Part shown: positions 1 to 12,030 of the stretch, in pieces
How the letters are laid out: each line of letters opens with the position of its first letter
How positions within the stretch are numbered: position 1 is the first letter of the stretch
Assembly: GCF_006345805.1 (NCBI RefSeq)
Contig: NC_043009.1
Span: 50,034,001 to 50,098,000, forward strand
Source of the DNA: Octopus sinensis
Taxonomy: Eukaryota
DNA: 64,000 nucleotides
Direction: 5' to 3'
Notes under the pieces: generated by a model
Told to the model about the DNA's origin: nothing
The model's input: only the letters and a program-made list of their open reading frames with translations
The model's database searches: none
Made by a program: the position numbers and the translations under genes

Positions 1-13
1 TATATATATATAT

Positions 14-180
14 AGTGAGAATTTACAAAAAAAAAAAGACAAAGACGGGTGTGTAAACAACAAAAAGATGTATTATTTAACACTCAGGAAGTGAAAAAGT
101 CTTCTATGTTTTGAGCCTATGCTCTTCGACAGAATGGAGCACAGAAATAAACGGAGAGAAAAGGTTTAGTGGCTAGAGAT
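14..180 (-). mobile_element. Penelope-type terminal fragment next to (TA)n with a degenerate minimal hammerhead motif
   Basis: Minus strand of 101-134 reads TT-CTGTCGA-A-GAGC-ATAG-GCTC-AAAAC-ATA-GAAG; same GAGC/GCTC stem and layout as the motifs at 7881 and 38742. Confidence 0.5.
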
Positions 181-329
181 CTCCCATATATCTATGTATG
201 TATGTATATATATATATATATATATTATATATATGGGCCAGGCAGAATTTTGTTGAAGAAGCATATCTATGGCTATATGCTCTTCCTCTTGCTATCCCTC
301 ACCTCACCTGTCTCCAAGCAAGATAATAT

Positions 330-575
330 TTTGCCCGTGAAAAGACATGGATGGCTGGGGAAGGACACCACTTGCATGATGGTGGTACACTTTTACAACA
401 ATCACATGATAGCAAGGCAAGGAGTCAGTAACACACACATGCACAAATGAAATCAAATGCAGATAATGCAATGGGCTTCTTTCAGCTTCCATCAACAAAA
501 TCCACTCATGAGGCTTTGGTCAGGCTGGGGCTTCAGAAGACATGTGCCCAAGGTGCCATGCATTGGTACTGAATC
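330..575 (-). mobile_element. Degenerate tRNA-headed SINE (family A-type head, family E-type body)
   Basis: 473-575 is a diverged reverse complement of the SINE A 5' region (aaatccactca..ggctttggtc..gaagacatgtgcccaaggtgccatgca). Confidence 0.65.
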
Positions 576-699
576 TTGCTCAAAGTATATATACATACAT
601 ACAAACATACATACATATATATACTTATGATAAGAATGCAAACCATGTGTGTATTTGTGTGTGTGTGTGTATACATGTATATACACACAAATATTTTCA

Positions 700-980
700 T
701 GAGGATACAAGTTCATCAAGGTTCAGTTCTCAGTCCCCTGCTGTGCTTCATAGTCCTACAATGGCATGTAAGAGGTCTGTGAGAACTCCTATGTATTGAT
801 GATCTTGTTCTCATAGCTGAATCTATGGGGGAATTAGAGAGAACATTCCAGGTATAGAAGCAAAATCAAGAATTGAGAGGTCACGAAGGAAACTTAGCAG
901 GCTAAGGTTGTAGTAAGCAGGACAGAAGACAGAACTTTGGTATCTTCAGGGAAATAGCCTTGTATGATATGCAGGAAAGT
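700..980 (+). pseudogene. RTE-clade LINE reverse transcriptase relic, part 1
   Basis: Translates to VHQGSVLSPLL and ELLCIDDLVLIAES (decayed YADD box), then a SGK*PCMICRK-type motif; frameshifts and stops present. Confidence 0.85.
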
Positions 981-1005
981 ATATATATATATATAAACTC
1001 GATAC

Positions 1006-1412
1006 AGGCGCAGGAGTGGCTGTGTGGTAAGTAGCTTGCTTACCAACCACATGGTTCCGGGTTCAGTCCCACTGCGTGGCACCTTGGGCAAGTGTCTTCT
1101 ACTATAGCCTTGGGCTGACCAAAGCCTTGTGAGTGGATTTGGTAGACGGAAACTGAAAGAAGCCCGTCGTATATATGTATATATATATATATGTGTGTGT
1201 GTGTTTGTGTGTCTGTGTTTGTCCCCCTAGCATTGCTTGACAACCGATTCTGGTGTGTTTATGTCCCCGTCACTTAGCGGTTCGGCAAAAGAGACCGATA
1301 GAATAAGTACTGGGCTTACAAAGAATAAGTCCCGGGGTCGAGTTGCTCGACTAAAGGCGGTGCTCCAGCATGGCCACAGTCAAATGACTGAAACAAGTAA
1401 AAGAAAAAGAGA
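1006..1412 (+). mobile_element. Full-length tRNA-derived SINE, family A (about 400 bp)
   Basis: A-box-like TGGCTGTGTGG, B-box-like GGTTCAGTCCC, internal (TA)/(TG) tract, 3' end gactgaaacaagtaaaaga; near-identical copies at 17871, 20043, 40610 and 45639. Interrupts the RTE relic. Confidence 0.93.
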
Positions 1413-1414
1413 GA

Positions 1415-1830
1415 TACTGCATCCAACGTAAATTAATGTTAGTTAATCTGAAAGTATAGTAGTCAGAGCAACAGGAAGTTGGAGAAAGTTCAAGGGAGCT
1501 TCACTTGCTGGCTGGTAACAAAGGTCTTTTCTCTCAGAGTAAAGGGTAGATTGCATGATGTGTGTCTGAGAAATGTGATGCCACATGGTAGTGAAACATG
1601 GGCCTTAAATGCAAAGGATTTGAGAAGACTGGAAAGAAATGAAGCGAGCATGCTCTGCTGGAAGCAATGCAATGACAAAAGACAAAGGGGTATGAAGTGT
1701 AGGGTACAAGAACAAAGACTGTGCTTGTATGGACATATGATGCATAAGGATAAGCTGAGCTGTATAAAGAAGTGCACTGCTCACTTAATGTGGATGGTGT
1801 TTGTGGATAAGGAGACTCAGTAAACATGGG
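1415..1830 (+). pseudogene. RTE-clade LINE relic, part 2 (post-RT region)
   Basis: ORF 1479-1823 contains VKGRLHDVCLRNVMPHGSETWAL..LRRLERNEASML..RLCLYGHMM, matching the RTE GSETW and RLRWxGH motifs; collinear with 700-980. Confidence 0.85.
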
Positions 1831-2420
1831 ACGCAGTGGTCTTTTGTGTCTCAACACACTCGTATGTACGTGTGTATGTGTGTGTCTGTCTGTATACACA
1901 TGTTTATGCATTTGTTTCGCCAGATTCTTGATATGAAATGATGTATTGAAACAAATATTGTTATATTTCGGGGTGGTCATTTTTTCTCATTTTTTTTTAG
2001 CCACATAAACTATACATTCATTCATCAATTCAGTTTTATTATTGTTCTTATTTTTAATGTCCTTTGTCTCTGAAATCTTTCATCACACATCCTGTGACCT
2101 CTTCACCGACTCTCCATCCCATGTGTCTCATATACATATGCACAGCTGTCCCCACTGTACTTTTTTCTTCAAAGCATCTCTACCACCCATCATCTCTCTA
2201 ACTGTGTACTTCAGTTTCTCTCTGATATCATTTACCCTACCCATCTTACTACCTTACAATCAGTTGACTGTTATCCAGGTTTCAGTTTTAATTCTGTCTT
2301 CTCCACCCACATTTTACACTGATAATTATTACACACACACACACACATATATGCATGCACACACACATAATTACACACTGTAAAAACATATATACGATAT
2401 TTCAATATGTGCATGTGTGC

Positions 2421-2457
<37 letters not shown>

Positions 2458-2612
2458 AAACATATGCACATACAAGCTCTTATTCTATACGTGTTTAAAC
2501 AAATGCACATGTTAAGCTATGCACATTTATATGTACACATATATTTGTTAGAGCCTGTATGATAGTGTGCATTTACATGCATGCTCTGTGTGCCTGTGTG
2601 CATGTTCACAAG

Positions 2613-2966
2613 TGTTGTGTGTGTGTATGAGTCAGTCACTGTGTGTCTGTAGATACAAGCACTTGTTTGCAGAGGCATAGAATCTGTTTGGAGATAAGCA
2701 TCGCATTGGAGTATTTGTAAAAGCTCTCTGATAGTGAATGTGTATGGAACTGGATAAGTATGCATGTATGTATTTATGTTGTGTGTGTGTGTATGAGTCA
2801 GTCACTGTGTGTCTGTAGATACAAGCACTTGTTTGCAGAGGCATAGAATCTGTTTGGAGATAAGCATCGCATTGGAGTATTTGTAAAGCTCTCTGATAGT
2901 GAATGTGTATGGAACTGGATAAGTATGCATGTATGTATTTATGTGTGTGTGTGTGTGTGTATGAGT
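2613..2966. repeat. Two-copy tandem duplication, period about 166 bp
   Basis: atgagtcagtcactgtgtgtctgtagatacaagc...gtatttatgt starts at 2627 and at 2793; the copies differ only in an A-run and in (GT)n length. Confidence 0.95.
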
Positions 2967-3189
2967 GTATGGCTGTGTGTATGTACATATGTAAATATGC
3001 ATGTACATTCATGTTTTGTGTGTGCTTATATATATATATATAACATATATGTATGTGTGTATGCTAGACTTGGCCATCAGTACATGTTGTTGACACTATG
3101 AAAGGTGCTAGGATGAGTCAGCAACCAAGCAAGTCTTTACAAATGGATTAACCCTTGAGGTGTCTTCCGCATGGTAAGGTACGAATTTG

Positions 3190-3800
3190 ACAGGGAGTGG
3201 AAATTAAGAGTTGGGCAGGAAAGGAGATTGGAGGGTGAGAGAGAGGAGTGAGGAGAGGGAACATCTATCTATGCATGAGAGTAAGAGGGATACAGATGAC
3301 AGATGAGAGGGAGAGAGAAAGTAAGAGAAATATAGCGAAAGATAAATAAGGAGTGAAAGAGAGAAGGAGTGATGGCAAAGAAGGAGAAGATTAGAAGTGT
3401 TGAATTATGGTGCCAAGAAAGGCGCCAAATGATGGAGACAGCACTATGGATAACAGACAAGGAAACAAGTGGAGACAGAGATACCCACACCCCAACCTAA
3501 TGAAAGAGAATGGTTGGGAGAAGAAGTGAGGGTAGATAAAGAAAAACATGCAAAAATGAATTAAAAAACATACCAAGATAAAATAAAAATAATCAATATA
3601 CAAATAACAAAAACCTGAACCCTAAAAAAAAAAAATCAATAATCCAAAGTAGTGAAAGGATAGAGAGAAAAGGACAAAGAATGTGATTAGGTAACTAGAA
3701 AAAGAAAAAAAAAACCTAAAACAAATTTTAACTTCTGTTTTAAGGGATTTGAAAAATAAAGAGAGAGAGAGAGAGGGAGAGAGACAGAGTGAGAGAGAGA
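3190..3800 (+). repeat. Purine-rich low-complexity tract ending in (GA)n
   Basis: Strong G/A bias on the plus strand; (GA)n at 3760-3800. Confidence 0.75.
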
Positions 3801-4134
3801 AAATTTAGGGAATTTTGAGAAATGAGATAAGTTAGTTAATGTTATCAACTAAATTATGTAATACAGTATGTGTGAGTCACAGTTGTGTAGGAGGCACAGT
3901 GGTATACCTGGTGCAGTGCCACTAGATGCTCAGTGTTATGTATATATGGCACTGTGACATAAGAGAAGGCACAGTGACTTTGTGATGTGGTGAAGCTGGA
4001 CTTACTGACTACAGAGTTTTTTTTTCTCTTCTACAGATCAAGGAAAACATCTGAGCCTTTAGGGTTCACCATAGGTACCACTCAGAAGGAAGTGAGAGAC
4101 AGTAACTGCCAGAATGATAGTTGCTTTAGCTATC

Positions 4135-4390
4135 TAATGAGGAAGCCTCTACATGGCTACCCGACCTATTAGAAATAACAACCAAATCTCTCCCCCACCC
4201 CACCCCCACGCCATCATACTGCCTACCATCTTAAGAAAAAAAAAATGAAGCATGCATTAGATAATGTAGTTCTAAATACACTAAGTCTAAAAAAAGAAGA
4301 CAAGGTTGTCACGACTTGACTACCTTTGATCTTAGGTCCGTTTGATCAAAATTGACCTTGGGCTGACCTGCAACGGCAACAACACAACAT
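4135..4390 (+). mobile_element. Old interspersed repeat family F with (CAA)n-like tail
   Basis: gacct..tagaaataacaaccaaatctc...cattagataatgtagt...tttgatc...gacctt.ggct motif chain recurs at 11445, 44770, 53962 and 59975, and inverted at 4515, 22800 and 49580. Confidence 0.7.
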
Positions 4391-4514
4391 AACCAACAGT
4401 TCTCCACCAATCTATATGCAAATGTCCTAATGTCCAGCAGACAAAGGCTATTCTAGTAAAGGTACCATCATAGAAATGATATTAACATAAAATATATTTT
4501 AATACATAAAGCCT

Positions 4515-4525
4515 TGTTGCTGCTG

Positions 4526-4557
<32 letters not shown>

Positions 4558-4812
4558 GGTGGTGATGGTGATGGTATGGCAATTGCTGCTTTTGTTGTTA
4601 TTGTTCAGGCCCAAATCATGCTTGATCGATCAGACACACGATCAAAGGCATTCCAGCTATGATCATACCAATTTTTTTTTCCCCAGCATAGTGTAACTAG
4701 ATTACATTAACTAATGTGCCAGTTCTAATATTAAGTCAGTACAGAGTGATTTGATGGAGATTCGGCTGCTATTTTTAGCAGATCAAGCAACCGCATACAA
4801 ACGTCTTCATTG
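4515..4812 (-). mobile_element. Family F copy, inverted relative to 4135-4390
   Basis: (GTT)n tail, then gatcaaaggcattccagctatgatcat...gatttgatggagattcggctgctatttttagcag, the reverse complement of the family F motif chain. Confidence 0.7.
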
Positions 4813-5319
4813 GTGGCAGTGTGTGTGTGTGTGTGGGGGGGGACTGAGGTGGTGGTTATTGTTGGTGTTTGATTAAAAGAAAAAAAATTTGAATGTAATT
4901 TTTTTTCCTCCTCTCATTTTTGTTTGTTTCTCTTCCTGCTAACATGAGTTAGACGGGTATGCAAATTTGGATATTTGCGACACTTGTTTAAGCAAGTGTA
5001 TACTTCATGGTCTGGTGAACTTCCTATATCCAACAGTCCAATCATTCAAATTCTTCAAATTACATGCTTGTTAAATCAATAGTAGGCCAGCACTTCTACT
5101 TTAACCCTTACAACTGAGCAGAGGAAAGGGATTTACTTGAAGTGTAATTTTTCTGCAATCTTGGAGCATAACATTTTGTGCTGTCAGGTCACATGACTCT
5201 TTCACTCGATCATCATCCTCCTCCATTGTAAAAAAAAAATTAAAATTCCTAAAAACTTATACCATTTATTACAAGCATAGGGGTCCCTATGGCTTTCCAA
5301 TATCATGCATACATATATT

Positions 5320-5690
<371 letters not shown>

Positions 5691-6542
5691 AAGACAATCA
5701 ATCATAAATACCTTAACAAATTAATTTAGATATGTATGTGTGACAGAGTGAAATAAAATATACTATGTTTTGTGTATGTGTGGGGACTGTTTGGTTTGTG
5801 CTTAAGTAAATATTCATCTTTATAATGTCATGTGATTATAAAGGTAGAGAGGCGGTGCAAACAACTGATATATAAATCTTTTTGGAACAGCATGAATATG
5901 ACATCTTCCCATTTCCCCTCTCTCTCTCACTCACTCTCTTATAAATGAAATGAAATGAAACTCGATTTCATTACACTGTCAAAGCATATAGTTTTTATAC
6001 ATATGTTCATCTGTACATTTTATACAGTGTCTGGGCAAAAGTGATGGCAGCTGATCTCAGATGTTAAAACTCAGGAAGGAGATGACAAATGACCGTAACA
6101 AGAATAAAGATGCTGTTCCAAAGAAGACTTGTGTTAAGACATGCAAGCATGAAAAAACAAACATTAAAATCATAAGGATAACATTTCTTTAACATTATAT
6201 TTTTTGTCATAGATTTTCCTTTATTTTTCTTCTTTTCTTAACATATAAGATTGATTCTTTTTTTTCTTTTTTTTTTTTTTTCTAATGAACGATCTGGTTA
6301 TTTTATAAAGTGTAAGTTTATTTTCTCTGATTCACTTTTTCAACAAACTTCTGCATTTATTTTTCTCTACTTTTGAAAGTTTGTTGAAAGTAATCTATAT
6401 TGCTAAAGCCAATTCTGAAAATTTAAGAACAATTATAACAATAATAATAATATTACTTAGAAATAAAAATAATGATATATAAATACACACACACAAACAC
6501 AAATACACACACACACACACAAAGGCACTTTTTCTCTTTTAT

Positions 6543-6805
6543 TCTCTTTTATACTTGTTTCAGTCATTTGACTGTGGCCATGCTGGAGCACCGCCTTTAG
6601 CCGAGCAAATCGACCCCGGGACTTATTCTTTATAAGCCCCAGTACTTATTCTATTGGTCTCTTTTGCTGAACCACTAAGTGATGGGGATGTAAACACACC
6701 AGCATCGGTTGTCAAGCAATGCTAGGGGGGACAAACACAGACACACAAACACACACATACATATGTATATAATATATATATATATATATACATATATACG
6801 ACAGG
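6543..6805 (-). mobile_element. SINE family A, 3' half
   Basis: tacttgtttcagtcatttgactgtggccatgctggagcaccgcc... through atatacgacagg; tRNA head missing. Confidence 0.9.
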
Positions 6806-7158
6806 CACTATTATCCAAAAACAGTTTGATTTGGTTCCAGGTTTCTTATAGAAACATAGCTCATTCAGACTCAGTTACCGAATGGAGACTGACAAGCATG
6901 CATGCACTCACACATTTATACACAAATACAAGAATGTACATACTTACACATGCAAACACTCATACAACTAATAACACACTCACATCCATGCACTCATACA
7001 TCTGTTATACATACACACACTCACACTTATATTCTCTCTTTCTTGCTGGCTCCTGTTGGCTTCCAAATCCCTTCAATGGTCTGCTTGAGATCAAGGTGCC
7101 ACCAGCTTACTGTCCATCCATGCAGTCCAAGAAATTTTCCTTTCTAATGCATCCGGGG

Positions 7159-7542
7159 TCAAAGAAGCTTGAGAGGCGGTTGGATGGAACCTACACTTGC
7201 CTCCTTATGAGAGCTCAAAATCTCTGGTGGAAGCGTCATCCAACCAAAATGCAAATATATGGGAAACTACCACCTGTGTCATCTCTTGTGAAAGGTAGGA
7301 GAGTCCAGTTTGCTGGACATTGTTGTAGAGCTGAAAACGAGGCAATTTCTACTCTTCTCCTCTGGAAGCCATCTACTCACAATACCAGAGGGCGCACACT
7401 CTCCTACCCTGATGTAATCTCCAGGGATACAGGCATCCAGCAACAGGACCTCCATAATGCCATGATGGATCGTGAAGTCTGGCGTAACACAGTAAATTCT
7501 ATTGTCTCGACCACGGTCGAACAATGATGATGATGATGATGA
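7159..7542 (+). mobile_element. 5'-truncated RTE/RTEX-like LINE 3' end with (TGA)n tail
   Basis: Open frame SKKLERRLDGTYTCLLMRAQNL.WKRHPT..IYGKLP..RRVQFAGHC..LLWKP..AMMDREVWR ends at 7527 and is followed by tgatgatgatgatga. Confidence 0.88.
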
Positions 7543-7800
7543 AATGCTGATCTCACTTCTAACTACACCATGTGACCTGCCTTAACTAATAGCAGCCCAT
7601 TTTCCAGTAGCTATCTTAGGCTTCCTGTACTTCTCCATTTGATAATTTGAGCCTGAACAAGCTAGATTCCTAAACCTGCAAAACTTTAAGTTGCATGGAG
7701 CTAAATCAAAATAGTTTAAATAATAGCATATGTAACTATTACTAAATGTATTGAATGGCTTTTTCTTTTATTTGTCCACTCTCTCATATATATATATAAT

Positions 7801-7835
<35 letters not shown>

Positions 7836-7837
<2 letters not shown>

Positions 7838-7995
7838 TATTTCCTCCGTCTTCCCTTCTTTGGATCTTTCCTTTTCCTATGTTTCTGACAAAGAGCTCCA
7901 CTCAAAATGTTAAATCCTCCTTCTTTCCTGAGCATCCAATAATACTATACTTGTTCCACGTCCTCGCGTTGTTGTGTTTTCATGTTTGGATTGAC
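7836..7995 (+). mobile_element. Penelope-type terminal repeat in (TA)n with a decayed minimal hammerhead
   Basis: Homologous to 38695-38875; flanked by (TA)n on both sides; 7881-7915 reads GTTT-CTGACAA-A-GAGC-TCC-ACTC-AAAAT-GTT-AAAT. Confidence 0.7.
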
Positions 7996-9339
7996 TATAT
8001 ATATATATATACACACATGTATAAATATTAGAGAGAGACAGACAGACAGACAGACAGAGAGTTATTATATTTATTTTAACTATTATAATTTATATGAAAT
8101 TATTTACTTCTTTGAATTGTGATTATTTTTCCTAAAATAACTAACTTTTAAACATTCATTTTCTTTAAGTGTCTCTAATTTGATTAATTAGGTAATTTCT
8201 TATGCTCCTAAATTTTTAATTAAAATATATAACATAAACGTCATTTTAGTATCCCTAATATGTTTAATTACATAAATCTGTACATTTACAATATATTTAT
8301 TATCCCTTTTTTTATTTGTTGCTTGGTTTTAATTTTCATTTAATTTAAAGGAAAAAGTTATATATTATCCTAATTACTTCATTTCCTCTGGCCTAAATTT
8401 TTAATTACTAAATATATGTTTAAGAGATTTTTACAGTATCTGAAGTAGAACTTCTTTTAATAAAGATACAAATTTAAATTATACATTTTTGTCATGGGGA
8501 GTACTAAAATTCCTTTTTTATAAAATAGCTGGTGTTTTCCTATGTATTGATTTCTTTAAAATTTTAAATTTATTAATTTCTTTTTTAATTTCTAAGCTTA
8601 TGTACAACTCAAACTTCCTTCATTGTAAAGTAAAAATTCTTTGCAGATACTGAGCTGATATCATTTGGCATTAACATTGTAATACACCTTATCTATTGCT
8701 TTACACAGTCACGTCTGTCACAAATCAACACAATCTTTTCCAAAATTTCAAATTTCGAGGACTCTGTTTTTATGCTCTTCAGTCATGAGAACACACCATA
8801 TAATTGCACACAGAACACATATGCATACACACAGGCTCACACACACACATATGCATGTGCATGCACACATACATAGAGAGTTGACTGTGATTCCATATTC
8901 GGTTTTTCCCTTATTTCTTCACCTCTCTTACCATATATAGGATGCAACTATTTTCTAATATCCACTTGTAAGTGTTTTTTTAACTCATTTCCAAATCACT
9001 CAACAATACCCAGTGTAAGTAATAGTTCACTCTCCATATCTTATATATGAATTTTACATAACCAATTTCTAATTTCCCAGTACAGCCTGAAAAAGTCAGA
9101 TTTAGCAAAACTTTAAAGTCATTGTAAGTTTTGAAATATATACTTGTGTATGTATATATGTGTACACAATCTCCAAAACAGAAAATTTCTTCTATTGCTC
9201 TGAATTTCTCATTCATGGGCATTCATTCATTCACCAAAGAATAAATTACACACAAAGGACAAAATCAAAGTAGTGAGGGTGTGAATCATTAGTTCTAAAC
9301 AAATAGACTCTACAACATGTAGTCTCTCATTTGCACATC

Positions 9340-10060
9340 CATGCGTACATCTCTCTGTCAACAGATGGCAGCACATGGTTGCATGTGCAGTGAGAGCTAC
9401 TGAGGCTGTGTGATGAGTAACGCTACTGTGTTTACCTTGCAAGTTGTGGAATTTGTGTTTTTGTGATCACGTGTATGCTGTAGTCTGCAATTTTTGTCAT
9501 GGGCAGGAAATTCGAACAAAGAGCCAATGTGAAATTTTGTGTTAAATTTGGTAAGTCTACTACAGAGATATTGAGCATGCTTCAGCAAGCTTACAGTGAT
9601 GAGGCAATGAGTTGTACACAATGTTTTGAATGGCCCAGGCACTTCAAAAGTGGAAGAATATCTCAGGAAGACAATGAGCAATCTGGAAGCCCTGCCATGT
9701 ATGTCACCCCCAGAAATGTGGAGAAAATTCATCAGCTTGTACAGGCAGATTGTTGGAGGATAGTCAGTGATACTTTGATGTATTTCAGGTAGGACATTCG
9801 ACAAAAGCGACTAGATCTGTGGAGCGCATAAGGTTGGATTTTTCATAACAACAATATACCTTGTTACCAAGCTCACCTCATTCATGAGTTTCTCACCAAA
9901 AACATTGGTGGTATTGCTTCTGCACCCACCCGTATTCACCAGATTTAACACCAGTGGACTTCCATCCCTTCCGCAAGATGAAAATGCAGCTGAAAGATTG
10001 TTGTTTTAACACCACTGTTGAGATCAAGAGTAAATTGCAGATGGTCCTCAATCACAGAGA
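9340..10060 (+). pseudogene. Mariner-family transposase relic, internally deleted
   Basis: ORF 9499-9792 EQRANVKFCVKFGKSTTEILSMLQQAYSDEAMSCTQCFEW..FKSG..EDNEQSGSP is the mariner HTH N-terminus; downstream are decayed HHDNAP and HPPYSPDL boxes and DFHPFRKMKMQLK. Confidence 0.92.
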
Positions 10061-11444
10061 ATCCCACCAATTGATATATATATGTATATATGTATATATC
10101 TATATTCTTGTGTGTGTGTGTGTGTGTGTGTGCATTCATTAAAATAATACTTCACAAACACATGAAGTAGAATATGTTACATTTAATGTTTACAAGTTAT
10201 ATGAGTTTATACATGTATGCATTTATGTAGATTGAAGTGTCTGTTAATGGTCATTTAAAAATTTGATTGCACATCTGTAGGCATTAAAGCAAGAAGCACA
10301 CACACACACATACCTACTTGCAAGTATGAGTATGTATACGTATGAATTTACATCTATGTATGTAAGAATCAATGTGTATATTTAAATGTATGATAATGAA
10401 GGTAGGCACATATGTATAATCATGTATGTTCATGGTTTCGTATGCACATCTTTATGTAGTTAAGTAAGTATGCCTATTTGTTAGTAAGCAAGTATTTCTA
10501 AGTACATGGATTTACACGCTTGTATGTAAGCATGCATTTATACATATTTAAAAGTGTGCATGTGAATGTATGTAGATATGCATGCTCATGTTGTTTATGG
10601 TTCCGTATGCACCAATCTACTCTTGCCTGTCATTTTTTTTGTTTTTTGTGTGCACTCACATTCAGCAATGCATGTAACCACATATGTCTGTGTTTGCATA
10701 CATTTGTCCAGATATTTGTGTACATGCTATTGCATGAATATGTTATTGTCCGTATACGTCTTCCCGCAACCTTGTGCACTCAGACTGGCACATTAGCAAC
10801 ATGAATACTCTGTTTACATTTCTGCCAAGACCCGACAATTTCTTGGATAATCAACAGTCAGATAAGATAACATATTTGATTGGGTAAAGGAAGGAAAGCG
10901 CTTTACACTAAGATTGGCACGAAAACGAAACAAAGAATTTAAGCAAAACAAAAGAGATGATGGGTGTGGGGTGGGTGGAGGCAGGTTTTCCAAGAAAGCA
11001 GGTCAACCTTAAGGGGTACAGTCTTCTGCTTTTAATAGGATATAACAGGTCATTCATAGGGGCTGGTCCATAATCACTCCTTCCCTGCTATATTATAGAA
11101 GTTGTTCATGTCAACATTTATCCACTAGTTGTGCTCATAGAAAGATCCTCTCCCCAGCAGCATCACTACTAACTTTGCAATAAACTGTATCAGAAACTAT
11201 GATTTTAGTTGGCTAGAGTAATCATTAACTATAACGCTTTACAATAATGTAAATAAATGTTTGTTCTGGGATTGGAGACAGCATGTTGTTCCAAAATGGA
11301 TGTTAAACCTCAACATGATAATTACTAAATGAATATTTTAATAAACTGAAGAATATTTTTAGAATTATGTGCATTTTGTAATTTTAACATTTTCCTTTTC
11401 TATATTCCAGACACACACACACACACACACACAAGTCAACTAAG

Positions 11445-11605
11445 AAACCTCTAAGTGGTCATATGACCTGCTAGAAATAAAAAGCTAAATCTTCCTGAAA
11501 ACAATTTACTGTTGAAGCAAAAAAAAACAGTCACATTGGATTACAGAGTTCTGAGTTTAGTAAACCAAGGAAAAAGATGGGGTAGTCATTTGGAATACCT
11601 TTGAT
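11445..11605 (+). mobile_element. Family F copy
   Basis: gaaacctctaagtggtcatatgacctgctagaaataaaaagctaaatc...cacattggat...ggaatacctttgat. Confidence 0.6.
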
Positions 11606-11609
11606 TGTA

Positions 11610-12030
11610 ATTTAATGTCCACCTTTCCAAACATGAATGGGTCAGATGGAGTTTATTGTGGCAGATGCTCTGTGGTCAAGTGGTTGTTCCTGGCACCAAC
11701 CTTCACCTGTTTCCAAAGTAATATTTCCACATGGCCAGGCATGTTATCACAGAATATCATAAGTGTATGACACAGCCTGTATGATTGTGACATCGCTTAC
11801 AACTATTATGCAATTCTGAGACAGGGAGACACAGACACAAACACATAAACACAAACACACACACACACATACATGTAAGTCTTCTAATTTCCATCTACTA
11901 AATCCACTCAGAAGGTTTTTGTTGACCGGGAGCTACAGTAGAAGACACATGTCCAAGAAGCCACATGATAGGACTGAACTTGGAACCATGTGATTTGGAA
12001 GCAAACTTCTTACCACACAGCCATGCCTGG
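11610..12030 (-). mobile_element. SINE family E (family A-like tRNA head, different body and tail)
   Basis: 11880-12030 matches the SINE A head; 11610-11830 carries accaaccttcacctgtttccaaagtaatatttcc and a tttaatgtccacctttcca tail resembling family D. Confidence 0.7.

Noticed and set aside
6709-7527. Longest ORF (272 aa) as a host gene
   Set aside because: Chance fusion of an antisense SINE A segment, a CA-rich tract and a LINE 3' fragment; only 7159-7527 is protein-like.
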